64,000 nt of DNA from Yuukianura sp. NJ FZ-2021 (Eukaryota), in NCBI GenBank assembly GCA_046563655.1, contig CM102288.1, positions 2,976,001-3,040,000 of the forward strand. The letters are read 5' to 3'. Position 1 is the first letter of the stretch. Each line of letters begins with the position of its first letter. Both the position numbers and the translations under genes were made by a program. The notes under the pieces were generated by a model. That model saw only the letters and a list, made by a program, of their open reading frames with translations, was not told the origin of the DNA and searched no databases. This document shows, in pieces, positions 10,710 through 24,530 of this stretch.

Positions 10710-13050
10710 GCATAATCCTCTTTTTCGAACTTGAGAGTTTTGAAAAGATTAACTTTTCTTATTTGTACAGTTTTCCACGTCTGTTTTCCATTTTGAAGAT
10801 TTTCAATTCATTCTTTCTTTTTTGAAAAAATAATTACAGAGGAAATCCTGTGAGTGGAAATTGAAAAAGTAAGCGGAAGAAGAAAAGCTTGGAGGGTTTT
10901 GCCTTTTTCCTTATTTTCCAATTTTCACTTCCATCACTTTTTGAATTTCATCTTCATTTTTTACTTTAGAAAGAAAAAGGAGGAGAAGAAGAGCAATAAA
11001 GCATAAGGAAATGATTGGACTTTTCTTGTAAACACAAAATTCAATATCTCTTTTCTCTTCTTTCAACTCCAGAAAAACTGTTTCATCTTCCGCTTATTTT
11101 CTGTTAAAATAAAAATCAGCACAAACACAAACTTCGAAAGCCCAAAAGGAAAACTCCACTTTCTCCGACTTTCTCCAAAAATCAAATTTTTACCTAAAAA
11201 AATTTCACTAAATTTCCATTTTTCGTCTTAATCATCATGATCAACAGAAGCCTTTAAGTATTCATTAGCCTCATAAACTAATCTTCAACTTCAACGATTT
11301 TTAAAATTCATTTCCAAAAACATCGCTGCAAAACATTTTTTTCATTCCTTTTATTTTTGCTAAGGCTGGTTTGCAAATCAGCTGCTTTCTTTTTATTTAA
11401 GAGCGTTTAAACTTTTCTGAGAGCGGTTTCTCAATTTTAGCATAAGATCCTGAGCGTTTTTTAAATTTTGGGAGGTATGGGTTAGGCTTACGTGTTATGT
11501 TAAGCTGAAGACAGACGTTTAGCTTCAGTGTTCTGATCTTCTCAAGGGAAACACTTCCGAAGGTGTTACTGATCTCGAGCAACAGAATTTTGAAATACTA
11601 AGAACTGCCAGTTTTAACACGTCCTTTTTCAAAAGCCTTGTTCCTAATTTCCTACACGCTTCACATCAAAGTCAAAAGCTCACCAGGGAATTTCAAAAGA
11701 ACCGAAAGAAAAGTTCTTCAAAATACTTCCAGCACAACATCCGCTTTCACTTCTTTTCCCATTCACGTCGGAGTTCATTCAATTCTAACTAAAAATTAAA
11801 AAAAAAATACAAATTCTTAGCCTAATTTCTGCTACTAAAAATTAAAAAACACAAAATCTTAGCGTCATTTCTGCTTTCTCCGGGTTTCATAAGGCTCATT
11901 CAACAGAGACTCACAAACTATTTCGGATTTTGAGAAATGATGTAATTTTGATGGAATTTGGAAAATGAGAAGGTAATAATTTTGGAGAGGAGAATGACAT
12001 TATATTGTGGAGATGGAAAATGGAACGGAGTAAGAGATATGAAATGCCGTTGCCAATTACAGTTCGTTTCAACCTGTCTCCAGCGTCTCAATCTGTCGTA
12101 TCAAATGTCGTATGTCGCTTTCCTTTCATCCCAACTCTCTATGTCGCATCAACAGCCTCTCCCAAATATCACAATTCCAATAAGGTAACACGAGTAACCT
12201 ACATTCTTCACTGAGAAGAAAAAACTGAGAATGGAAGATAGAAAGATAGAAAGATAGAAAGTTTCTGACAAAAAATTTTAAGAATTTTGACTTCTACAGT
12301 TACCTTCCATGTTAGAATTTTAGAAAATCCAGAACAACATTACACAGATTGTTCGTTAGTTTTATACGTCATGGATTTCCATATCATGTGTGTAAGTTGA
12401 TAGAACAACTATTGTAATTATTTTAATCATTAAGTTGTAATTATTTATAATATTTAATAAAATAAATAATATATTTTTATACTAAAAAGTGAGCGACTGT
12501 GTATGTACTAGTTTAGAATGGAAAGAGCGAGAAGGATGAAAATCCTGAGATCCGAAGGTGAAAGTTTTCAGTTGGAAGAGAAAGTTGAGAGAAGCGACAC
12601 GCAAAACCTCCCGCTGCTGCTCTTATTGTTCGCAGTGTTCAAATTCATTTGAGCTCCAGAGTTAGGTTAAGCTAAGCCTAATTTAACCTAACCAAATTCT
12701 ATTCCAGTTTCTATTAATTCCAGTTTTGTGTTTGGGTTAACCAGGCTCCTGTTTCGTGTTTAAAAAACAAAAGAGAGTGAAAGTGGGTCAGTTAAATTAA
12801 TCAACTAAAATTTCAACCGATTAATTTCTGAGCGTCAGTAGCATGACATTAACGGAAGGGTGGAGCTACCGTTGACACGCCAACAATTAAAACCTATTGC
12901 AGTTAAATTGAACCCTGTCACTCCAATGTCCGAATTATCCGGATCTTCCAGAACGTCAGATGAAGCATCCAGCAGAAACCTCAATGATTCGTTTGACTTT
13001 GGAATCGCTGGAAGTGCAACTGCTGGAAGCTAGAAGTGACCTGTGACCTC

Positions 13051-16000
13051 ATGAGTTTCCTGCGTGGTGGCGTGCCGAAACGGGCCGAGCGTGCCGTTCC
13101 TGTGCTAAGCTGGCTGACTCCATTGGGTGCCATAGTTTCTGTGATTAATGTGGCAGTGTCCCTATGTACCAGTGAGTGGCTCAAATCAATTGAACGAATT
13201 CCCATTGACTCCCCCAATGGAACCAACAAGGAGGAATTCAGATACAAAAGTACTGTCTCCGGACTCTGGACTTTATGTTACTCCAACATAACCAAAGAAC
13301 TCAACGTAGGCAAAGGTAAAAGTTAACCTAATCTTAACCTAACATAAAAACATAACCTAGCCAGCCTACTATTTTAATGAAAAAAGGAAGTGCAATCATT
13401 GATCTGCTTGCACAAGTACAAATGTTCTGACGGGATGAAAAAATTTCTTGTCAAGTGGAACTGAGCCGAGGAAAGTGAAATTAAGTTTGGCTTTTGGTTA
13501 GGTTAGGGATAACCTAATGTAGATTAGGTTTTGGAAGTGGAGACAAAAGCGATGAAGATTTGTATCATTTCGGTATCATTTTAATCTCCAAATGCTCAAA
13601 ATTTGGTTATGTTTTTGGTACTGTGAAAGCCACAGCTTCCGCTGATGATTTATGGAAACTCGTTCTCGAAAATCCAAATAATTGTATCGTATCTCCACGG
13701 TTTCGACTTTCACTCCAAGAGCATTAGGTTATGGTCATGGGGCATCTGCGGAATCACGTGACATTATATAAATATAATATATTATTTAAATCAATATTTT
13801 AGTATATTTATCTCGTAACGAGATCACTTTTCCAACGGCTAAAGTTTTATCTAAGGAATTAAATCAACAAAACTTTTCGACATTTTACGATTTTCTCCAC
13901 TTAAGTAGTTACAACGTGCAGAATTTCACCAAGAACTTTCACTGCATAGTTTCTTGAGATTCAACTCTTAATTTTTCAAAATTTTCAAAAAAAAAAATAA
14001 TCTCGTGGTTACACTCTCATTGAAAAGCATGAAATTTATGAGTAGATCAAAAATTAATGTAAGATGAAAATTTAGGCCCTAAGGGCTTTCTCTTTTGCAT
14101 AACTTATGTTGTTAAGGTTATGTTTTTTGTAACTTATGGACCGTTGGATACTTTATGTTAAACTAACGTGTTTACTCTGTTGTTGAATAGTGATTGAGAA
14201 GATGAGTTTGGCATGTCAAAGGGAATAAAGTTAACTTGTTGCAACCTTTTTATGTTAGGTCTTTGCATTTTAAAGTTAGGGCATTCACTAATGTGTACTT
14301 TGCGTAAAAGGTTAGGTTAGAAAACATTATGTTTCAGTTACATAGTACTTATTTCAACATCCTCCCAAATGTCAATTTTCACTTTCTCTTTTGTACTTTC
14401 ACTCTCTTTGGTGGCATGGCTCTCTTCAGTGCTCGAATGGAAAGTGAACAAAAATGAAAAGCGATTCTGCTTTGAGCTTCTTCTTCTTCTTTGACGTTCC
14501 TTCACCCAGAAAATCAATTGGACTTGGAAGTACTGGAAAAGTGCTGCACAAGCATTTCGCCAGTATCTTTTCAATCTCATTCTTTAAAGTTTCAGTTGTA
14601 GAAAGCGCAACTTTCACTTTTGAATCTTTCGCTTTCATTTGGCACTGGGAAAAGCGATGGAAGGTAGAATTGACAAATGAATCTTCCTGTAGTCATCAAT
14701 TAGTAATTCAATTAATTCATTTACATTTTGAAAACGGAGGTTCGCTTTAGTAGTAAAAAGCACAGGATGAAGTATTCCTTTGGTTCAAAATTCTCGAAAT
14801 TTTGAAAATCAATAAATTAAAGTGCTCAAGATCTCAAGGTTGGGTTAGGCCTGATGAGGGAAAGTTTAAATTTGATGTTCAATGCAACGAAAGTTGAAAA
14901 ACTTTGAGTCGTTTGATCTTTTGAGATGCTTTGAGAGTTTGCGAGAAAAAGCGGAAAGCTTGGGTCAAAGGTCACGTTGTTTAATTGTCTGTCCTGACTA
15001 AGGGCTTTGGTAGGAACTTATTCTAAGACTCAAAAAAACTATGTTTGTTAAACTTTTGTTCAAAAGGATTTTAGTCAACACTTAACTTTCCGAGGCAATT
15101 GAGTTTCATTTCAAATCTCCAACTTTCTCTGGAGAAAGCTTTTTGTTTCGTGTTGGTTCATCCAAAATGAGGATTTTGAAAATGACAATGACTGGAAGCC
15201 GCAGGCTACATGGGATGTCATTTGTGTGACTCAAAATTGGCACATTTAATTCCAAAATCCTCATAATCTTCTACGTTTTGTACGCAAAACATAGCAAAAC
15301 AATTTTGAACTTTCACTACTAAATTCTCGTGAAAACTGTTTTTAGTTGTTTACGACAAGTTATAAAGTGTTACATCATTTTAATACAAAAGTGAAGTCAT
15401 ATTTAGTTACTCCCTTCACTTTTTTTTCCGTTGAGTTACTCCTTCCAGTTTTCTAGTATGTGAAAAGTTTAAATTGATTGCGTAAGTCATTTGGTGTTTC
15501 TTCACCACATTTTTTGTGTCGTTAGAGCCTTCAAGCAATCTCATGAAGGTTTTTTTCAGGAATCTTCTGACGGTACTTTCAACTTATTTTTCTTCGTTTA
15601 AATTTTGAACTAAGAAAAAGCGGAGAAAGTGATTGAACTTGACTTCTTTCCAGAAAAAAAAAAGTTCATTATTCAAAGTCACAACTTGAATTGAGTCTCT
15701 TCCGCCACAAAACGCACTGCTTTTTCTCAGGATTCCGAAAATGGGAAACATTAGGGCTCATCAAATTCAAAAAATTCTCGGTTCAAAAACTGGCACCAGA
15801 ATTTCCACAAGGACACAAAAAAAACCCAAAATATATAGAAATGTGGATATTAATACTATTTATAATTTACAGTACTTTTTAGTATTCATAATCAAACGTC
15901 AAAAGTTATGCAAAAGAAAGTTTTCTTCTTACGAGAAAGTTTTGCCTAATCAGGATTTCCAAAAAGAGAACACAAACGACGCGCTGGGGAAAGCTTACTT

Positions 16001-17821
16001 TCTCCAAGTGCTTTTTTAATTTGAAATTGTCGATTTCTGCTTTTGGTTTGGAAAGTTAATGTACAATTAATATGTTACAATAAAATCAAAGGCTTAGTAA
16101 TTATAATAAACAATAATTATTATTGATTGTGATTCAAAGTGTAAATTACTTTCAGGACAGGATTTGGAGTACCATTGTTTTGGAATTGAGTATTTTGCTA
16201 AAGATCGATACACTCCGGATCCCCATGACTCCACTATGGCCATTCCATGTAAGTTCTTTCACTTCTCTACTTTTAGTACTTTGTAGTACTTTCTAATAGT
16301 ACCACCAAAGTCTCTTCTAATGAGGTTATCAACTTCCTTCAAACTACTCCCAAGTACTAAAACCAAACTACAATCTAAGATTTACAATCACTTTCTCCTT
16401 GTAGTCACCGCTTTCTCCTTCCTTTCTCTTAGTCTTTTGGCTCCAATTGGCTTCCAGCACTCCTAACCGCTTCTAAAAGTATTTGCATGTTTTGTCCACC
16501 ATATTCCCAAATCTACTTCCAATATTATTAACACAACTTTGAGCAAACTTCTATTCATTGTCAATTTTCATACTTTGCTAAACTCATTCATAAGTTCAAA
16601 AGAGGCATTAAGAATATAAATGTAGAACAAAAATTTCAACAGAACGCTTTTTGAATTTTTGGAATACAAGCCAAACAGGTTTAAGAAAACGGAGTTAAAA
16701 AAAATAGACCGTTTTTGTAGGTGTCAAGAAATTGTAAATTGGAGGTGTGAACTTTGACACTTTTTTGTAGATGCAGTGACGAAGGCTGGTCCACTGTTCA
16801 TTGTAGCAGCAATTCTACTAGCGATGGCCATTTCTGCAGCAACAATGGGCCACTTGTCAAGGCAGCGTCGAATGGCCATGTTCGTCGCAGGAATTATTTT
16901 CATCATTTCTGGTAAAATTTCGCCTAAGATTAAACGCCATATGAAAATAAGTTTGGAATTTCAATGTCCAAGTCCAATCCAAATAATTTTAGATTTCTAA
17001 CAGAATTACCGAATTCGACAATATTTCATTTTTTTTTGAAATTCTTAGGACTCATAATGCTTATTGGTCTTGTGGTTTACCTGTCCGTTTTGCAATCCGA
17101 AATTGGCACAAAGTTGCGTCCAAGAAATTCTCTGGAAGATCCACTTTTTTCATACTCTTATGGATTCGGATTCATACTGGTCGTCATTGGCTTCATGTCG
17201 ACTGAACTTACAGGAATTTCTGCCATTTTCTGGTACATGTACTGGCATCAGGTACAGATTTTCTAAATTTCAGACTTTTTGGCATTTTGGATTTTGAAAT
17301 TACAAAAATCCTAATTCCAGTTGGACTGGGCTCGAAAAGCTACAACAAATTCTCTAAGTGAAAACTCGAATAACTTCAGTGCTAACTTTGGCATGATCTG
17401 TGATGTTGGTGGACGAGAGTTGACCTATGACCCTCCATTGACCAATTACAATCCAAGGAATGCTCAGTTCCAAGCTCCTGCAAGGAGAGAAGCAGCCAAT
17501 GGGAACAGTTCGAGCAAGTACGGCTGGCGTTGTGATCTGCACTATCCAAATAACCCGCCAGATTCAAATCATCCAATTGAAAACAAGAACCAAAGTAGAG
17601 GGCGCAAGTCAAAGCATCATGGATCTTCTTCGGAGGTCAAAGTTCAAACACACCGCTGTGGAGGTTTGCATTTTTATGACGTTGACCTTGACCTCCCCCT
17701 GCCCCCTCCTCCTCCTTTCCCGCGAGATTTGACCTCAACGACGACAGTTTCCGGTGATGGATTTCTAGCAAATGAAGATGGAACGCTGGGAAGATGTAAT
17801 CGGAAAACTACACCAGTGTAG
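13051..17821 (+). CDS. Stargazin-like (voltage-dependent calcium channel gamma subunit/TARP, claudin superfamily) protein
   Basis: Exons 13051-13315, 16156-16248, 16771-16911, 17049-17251 and 17321-17821. Motifs AVSLCTSEWL, SGLWTLC, CFGIEYF..YTPDPHDSTMAIPY, FIISGLIMLIGLVVYLS, FSYSYGFGF; C-terminal PDZ-binding RKTTPV. Confidence 0.9.
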
Positions 17822-18047
17822 TCGATCCAGTGCTTAGAAAGGTGCAAGAGAAACCGAAAAATCAAAATTTTGAAAAAAAAAAAAAATTCAAAAATTTCCA
17901 GAGCTTTATATAAAAAAAAACTCACTGCACAAAATGTACTGGTTACATAAATACTTGTTCCGACGCTGTTTTACTGTTGACGATTCTTGTTGTTTTTAGC
18001 GTTAAGTTTTCACTAGAAAAATAAACTTCTTGCAAAGACGATGTAAA

Positions 18048-19032
18048 TAAGTATCGTCAGATCAGTTATAGAAAGTTCCCGCGCAGGATATTGTTGACTA
18101 GACCTCTGATATGGTTAGAGGTCACTTGAGGTCAAACAACATTCGGAATTTTAGTCCTCGCGTCGTCAAACATCCATCCCCGGAAACCATTTCCGCATCG
18201 GTCCATTCGTTTCCGAATTGTAGAAAAAAACGAGGACCGTGAGCCTTGACCCTGTTAGAGGTCACTCGAGGTGATCAAAATCGGATCCCCGCAAACCGCT
18301 TCCGAGTCTGTCCATCCGTTTCCGTATTGTAAAGAAAGCATAACCTTGACCTTTGACACTATTGTGCAGACAGGCAGACGGCCAGACAGACAGACAGCCA
18401 GACTCGGGAGAAAACATAAAGTAGGTCATGCTTCCCCGACTAGGACGAGGGACGCCATTTTGCAACTTCTATCGTCTGTATCTCTGGAAACGTAGATCAA
18501 AGCTCAAGGTCATCTTTACAAAAGTTGTGCAGCAGAACGGGATATACAACTTTTGTAAAAGTAATTTTTTTGATTTCCGCCAATAGAGTACTTGACCTTG
18601 ACCTTTGGCCCGGACCTGGACAACTTCCGGTCAAGCTGGACAATGATTATACACCCCTGGTACATGTGAACCGCAACCGCGAAAACAGATTGAAAATCGG
18701 TCCAGTGGTTCTGGAGTTATAGACGCGAATTGCATGAGCCTCGCCATAATGCAACTTCTAAGACCTATATCTCCAGAGCCCCGGGTCAGAGGTCAAGGTC
18801 ACCTATACAAAAGTTGTTCGACTCGATGAGACGGACAACTTTTATAAGGGTGACTTTCCCGATTTCCGTCAAAAATGGATTTGACCTTGACCTTTGACCC
18901 GAACCTGGACAACTTCCGGGCAAGCTGGACACCGATTAATCATCCCTGGACAATGCCAAGTTCATCTGTAAAGACAGATTGAAAATCGGTCCAGCGGTTC
19001 CAGAGATGTTGTGGCTAGTATACGGACGGCCG

Positions 19033-19071
<39 letters not shown>

Positions 19072-19108
19072 GGACATTACGATCCCTATAAGTATCTGAC
19101 GATACTTA
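18048..19108. mobile_element. Non-autonomous DINE-1/HINE-like (Helentron-associated) element
   Basis: Inverted ends TAAGTATCGTCAGAT (18048) and ATCTGACGATACTTA (19094-19108). Terminal hairpin AAGTATC-TGAC-GATACTT; (GACA)n microsatellite at about 19032-19074; internal ~290-bp diverged direct repeats; no convincing ORF. Confidence 0.7.
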
Positions 19109-19300
19109 ATAAAAATGCGACACAAAATACAAAGCAACGTAAATTTTTATCTAAATTCCCAAACTTTTTTTTTGATTTGTTCCAACATGCTCTCTTTTTT
19201 CTTGGATTCTTTTGTAGAAAAAGTCTTTTTTCATTTCGTTTCTTTTAGATTTTCGTTTGGAAAAAGTCTAAAGTCAGAAGATGTGGTGTAGTGAATGTAT

Positions 19301-19773
19301 TTATTTTGATTTCCCTGCCTTGTGTCTCACTTCATGATTCATTCTGAGATTGTGTAGGAGTAAGCGAGTGTAGTGGTGTAAATGGTTCAACTTCATGCAC
19401 ACGTCCATCACGTTTGATTGCCCAGATTCAGTTTCTAAGTTCCTAGAAATCACGTCCGACTGAACCCTGCGGTTTTCTTCATCAGAAGACGAGAAATGGG
19501 AGCTCCCTGGAGCCACTGGCCAATCGTCTTCAACTGGACTTTTACATTGAACAAAATCTCCACTCAGATTCAATTTTGTTTTCACTTTCTCTTCCTGCAG
19601 CAACTCAAGAGAAAGTGCTTATTGAGCTTAGGTCTAACTTAACCTCAGTCTTAAACAGAATTTTCACGCCTAGGATTTCTACCCTTTCTAGATTTTCTAA
19701 GATTTCATCAAATTTCAAAAGTTCTGGAGGACACGAATCCCAAATGCCGAGTTCTTCCAAGAAGCACAAATTT
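19301..19773 (-). CDS. Putative 3' exons of an uncharacterised gene
   Basis: Exon 19773-19644 (NLCFLEELGIWDSCPPELLKFDEILENLERVEILGVKILFKTE) splices in frame via a 49-nt GT-AG intron to 19594-19301. No start exon found. Confidence 0.35.
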
Positions 19774-22506
19774 CTAAATTCAACAAATTAATACATGTAA
19801 CATCTCTTCCTTTGGGTGTGAGCTTTTGTGAAACAGAAAAATACAAAATTTTGTTTAGAATTTATACATGTATTTTATTTGATTTTGAACTAAAATGATG
19901 CAGAAAGTGAACGAATTGGGTCAAGAAAGAAGATTGGCGGAAAAGACTTGTTAGTTGTTACTTGGATGTCGTTCGAAGCGTGAGAAATTGGATTTCCCGT
20001 TTCGACTCAAACATTGAATGTTTCCAGAAAAACAAGAATTTTGAAAAAGGAGTTTCCAAGTTTAAACGACTTTGTTTAGGAAATTTGTGTGCCTCGAGGC
20101 GAGTATTAACAAAACTTTTGTAAATATTCATAAATTAGATTATTTCTGAACTCTACTGGGTTAGCCAGGGCCACAATTCAACAAAATCTTGAAAAGTGAA
20201 CTTTTTTTTGAAGATATTTGAATAACCATAACTTTTTTATGAAATTGAATAGTAGTGGTTAGGTTGTGGCATTGGAGAAAGTTGGTGTAGGGGAAAGGCC
20301 TTTCCATTAATGAAGTTAAAATGTTTCCATTGTGTGTTCACAACCACCGCTGACGTCTTTTCCTTTAACTTCATTTCACTCTTTCCCTCTTAATTATTTT
20401 CTTGTCCCAAAAATAACTCAATTTCCATTAAAATTTACAACTTTTCAAAAACTAAAAACAAAACAGGCTTTCAAAATGTTTAGGTTATGTGGACCAACAA
20501 CGAACTAAAAAGTGAAAGTGGCGTTTGAGGTGCAAATTAATGAATGGAATTTTGAAAGTGGCGTTAAAGTTAAACTTATTTTTTTAAGAAATGTTTTCTG
20601 TTTGAATTTTTTTTTTACTAATTGAGATACTTAATTTGTTTTATAGATTTAAAAAAAGTTGTAAACTTTTTCCACTTTATTTTGTTATTTTGTTTCTAAT
20701 TTTTTTAGAACTCTTACTACAAAAGTTTACAAGTGAAAAAGTTCATTAAAAGTTTCAAGTTTCTCAAAGATTTCCCGCATTTTTGTGCTTTCAGAATTTT
20801 CTTTACAAAAAAAAAATCAATCTTCATTGTTCTAAGCTTCCCTAAAGTTAAAAACTCAAACTGCTAAATTGGTTACAAAGAAAAATCAGCCCGTAGAAGA
20901 TTAAAGTGGAAAGTTTAGCAACTCAAAGTTCGCTAAACCAAAAAAATCCAAGAAAAAAAATCTACTTTCGATTTTTTTCAACCTTGGATTTTTCCCATCA
21001 TTTTCTTTTGTTTGAGCAAATACGCGCCGGCGGTTAATGAACTTGGACTGAATGTCATTTCCTGCATTCCTTTCGCATTTCGCTTCACAATGTTTCTTGA
21101 CATTTCCAATTCCGAACGTGACAATACAGTTTATGATTTGTTTTGTTAAGTTGGATTAAGGTTAGCCTAACTTTTTCTTAAGTAGGCTACTCGGTTAAGG
21201 CATTACCCAAAAGTCGGCATGGACAATGGTCACTCGTGACACTGACAGACGAGTCAGACTACTTTAAAAAAAACCGAGTTTCTTTGTTGCTCATGCCCAT
21301 TCAAGAATAAAATGTTTCGACATTTCTTCAAAAACTTTTTTCAAAAAATATTTTGAACAAGTCTTACAGGAGACTTCACAATAATATCCTTCATGCTCGT
21401 CCGCTCTCACTTTCTCTTTCCGAATCGTTAGGTTGCTTATGTTGTTTTTTTAAGGTTAGGCTAGTTATTCCTGAAGTTTGTTTTTTGAAATGTTTCTTTT
21501 GTAAAAGTGTGTGTCAAGGTTTGTGTCCTTGTGCCATAGTTCCTCCCTCCACTTTTCCCTCGTCCATTTCCTGTCGTGAATGAGCCATCCTTCCTCTCTC
21601 ACTTTCTCCAGCCATTTTTCTTGTAAGGTTGAGGAAAAGAGAAGAGTGATTGATGGTGTCTGTTGTTCTGATGAATAGGCTGCCCGGTGACACCTACCCT
21701 ACTCAACGCAAGAATCAGAACAAGTTCTTACCCCACCTTGACCTCTTTCATCTTCCTTTAATTCACAAAGTCGTTTAGCTCATCCCATTCAAATGACTTT
21801 GTTTCAAAGGGTTTCTGGAATTGCGGGCTTTAGTTCAAAATGCTTTCACTTTTGTTTCAACTTTTCTTAAGAGTTCTCGTTAGGAGAAAGTGGGGTTTGA
21901 TGGTTTAGAAATTAACATGAGAAAGACTACGAAACCGCAAGGTTCCTTTTACTTTCACTAAAAACAAAAACAAAACAGTTTTTCAAGCTAAGATTATCTT
22001 CTTTTCAATAAAAATTCAAATAAAAATATTTAAATTGCTGAAAATGATAAGTGAGGTGTCCTTTGATCATTAGCGAAACATCAAACTAAAGTAAAATGAT
22101 CCGGAAAACTTAGGATTTATGTGAAAATGAAGATACAGGAATCTGGAAATTTTTGGGTCGAGTGTAAAGTATCGTTTTAATTAATTACAAAATGACTTGA
22201 AATTTTAAAATCATTAAGAACTAAAATCACAGGAGATTCGTTAATGCCAGTAATTAAAAGTGTCGGATTAATTGCACAATAATTGTAAAGCTTCTTGATT
22301 CTCAACTTTTGACTAAAGATTTTTGACTTAATTCATTAAAAATAAAAATATAATACATAATAATTTAAATCTTAACATTCCAAACAACAAAGCTGAAAGT
22401 TTGTACACTTTTTAAGCCGAGTGGCGGTCCTCCGGATGAAGCAGTCGATCTAACCGGCAGGTAGTTGATATTTAGAAATGTAATGTTTGTTTTCTCATGT
22501 GGCTTT

Positions 22507-24530
22507 TTACCATTCGGTTTCATTAATTTCACTTTTGCGTTTGACGGTCACGGAGTCCTTGACCTCTGTAATAATTTTGGCCAGGATGAGCAGTATACCG
22601 TGGTCCAAATCCACTTGCTTCTCTAGCACTTCCAACTCATATGTCGCCCCAAGAGCTTCTCCTGCAAATTCGTCCGGGTCAACGAATTCTAAAACCGAAA
22701 AACATCGGTCATTTACGAAACTTTTTTCAGCAATACAAGAAGCACAGCAAATAAAACTATTTGAAACGCTTACCATCAAATTCTCTGAAAATTTGGACAA
22801 AAGCAGTTCGTGGAGGTACGCTAGCTGTGAGTGATCCCATTTTGCGTAACTGAAGAACCGGAACATCTCGGGTCTCGCCTTTATCCACATCATGAGCCTT
22901 CACGGTAACAGTATGCATGGCTTTGGTGTAATGTGGAAGTGGTTCTGGCAGTTCAACGGGAGTCAGAAGCTTGACCCTGACATTGGTCTTGTCCTTGTCA
23001 CTTGTCTTGACCCGGAAGAAGTTGCCGTCCCAGAGACATCCGCACGAGAACTCAAGCAAGTAGTTGCCTAAAACCAAGTAAAAACACATTAGAGATTAAC
23101 TTAACCCAACAATTCTTACTCCACTGACCTTTGACCAGCTTCGGAAGTGGAACGGGGTCAAGAGGTTGAACGTAGAAAGAGTTGCTGGAAAAAACTGACG
23201 TGACATGTCCGAAAAAGCGGGTTCCTCTGTCCAGGGTGAAGATTCTCTGAGCTCCTTTGCCCCAATTCTGACCGTTGTACGCCATCTTCCAGTTGGCTAG
23301 ACTCGAAAATAGTCTTTTTCGAAACATATGATCAAGCCCGGGTTCTTCTGGACGACTATTCTGTTGATTCATGATTGCTTGATTGTAATTGAACGAGGTG
23401 GATCCCAACGGTTCAAAGATTTCTGCGACAGCAGTAGAACTGTGCCGCGGCGGTTCGGCAATTTCGACCGTGACTTGTACCTGGCTGTAGATTGTGTTTG
23501 CAAACGTTCCGTCTGGAAATCCATCCACTCCATTCAGCGTGACTTCAAGTGCTAACGGTGGAATGCTGGTGATAGCCGGGTAACGTGGAAGTGTCTTCAT
23601 GATTCGCAGTGGATAGTCCTTGTCATAGACCATTCTGACTCCCGTGTCAATGAACGTGACGATAACATCGGACCAAGGTTGACTTGCCTTATCCGTCACA
23701 GGTTTGATGGTACACCGTTCAAATGTGTCGGGGTTTTCAAATAGTCCGAGATAAACTGTATCTTGTTCGAAATCCCTAAGGATTCGGATGACATCTTTGG
23801 ACGTTAATCGGGCCAGACTGAGGTATCGATTGACATGTTGGACCAAAGGGGTGTTGATTTGGACAGAGAGAGATCCGATGTGCTCAGCTGTGATGAGACT
23901 GTTTGGCCAGTAGAGATGTTTCTGGATGAGCAGCCTCGGATCATATGCGGCATAGAGATAGTTTAGTATGATTTGGTTAACAGTTGTGTTCCGGTAAGTG
24001 TCGGAGTGGCAGATTATGGTAGGAATGACCCCTGTCTTGATCACAGTCACCTTGAGGTCACTCTTCCAGTCAATTTCGTATTGGAGAATATGGCGGAGGT
24101 GGAAAGCAGAAGCAAATGCTGAGAGTCCCTTCAACTTGCAAGTGATGATCCGATGTTCGAAGAATGTCCACTGCTGATCCATGGCGAAAATGAGCGAAAT
24201 GTGAACGGCAGTGACCGTACCGACGTCGGGCAGGAAGACCTTGGCCATGTTAACACGCAAAACGGCCTTGACGATTGCTCTCCGGTAATGATCTTCGTGG
24301 AAAACGATGCATTTGAGACCAGGGTAGACATCTTCGACTGGTAGAGGGCGACGGCTGAAATCTGTTACTTTCTGGATCTGGTCATGGAGAACTCGGTACT
24401 TATTGTTAATCATGGGGTCACACAAGGTCAGCTTAATATGATGATATGGCCCAGTGAATTGGGGCACATCGGCCAAGGTCACGGCCATGACCTCTCCTAG
24501 CTTGCATCCAGGGTCAAAGGGATTCTCCAT
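22507..24530 (-). CDS. Multi-Tudor domain protein (three degenerate Tudor units)
   Basis: Exons 24530-23120, 23067-22774 and 22688-22507. Unit 1: PGLKCIVFHEDHYRRAIV..VFLPDVG. Unit 2: FERCTI..VIVTFIDTG..IPPLALEVTL. Unit 3: GHVTSVFSSNSFYVQ..CGCLWDGNFFRV..HDVDKGETRDVPVLQLR. Confidence 0.75.

Noticed and set aside
14338..14638. Possible nested antisense gene in stargazin intron 1
   Set aside because: Two short overlapping frames with no in-frame splice solution or domain.
22775..22893. Apparent frameshift between overlapping ORFs in the Tudor gene
   Set aside because: Fully explained by the GT-AG intron at 22689-22773; no recoding is needed.
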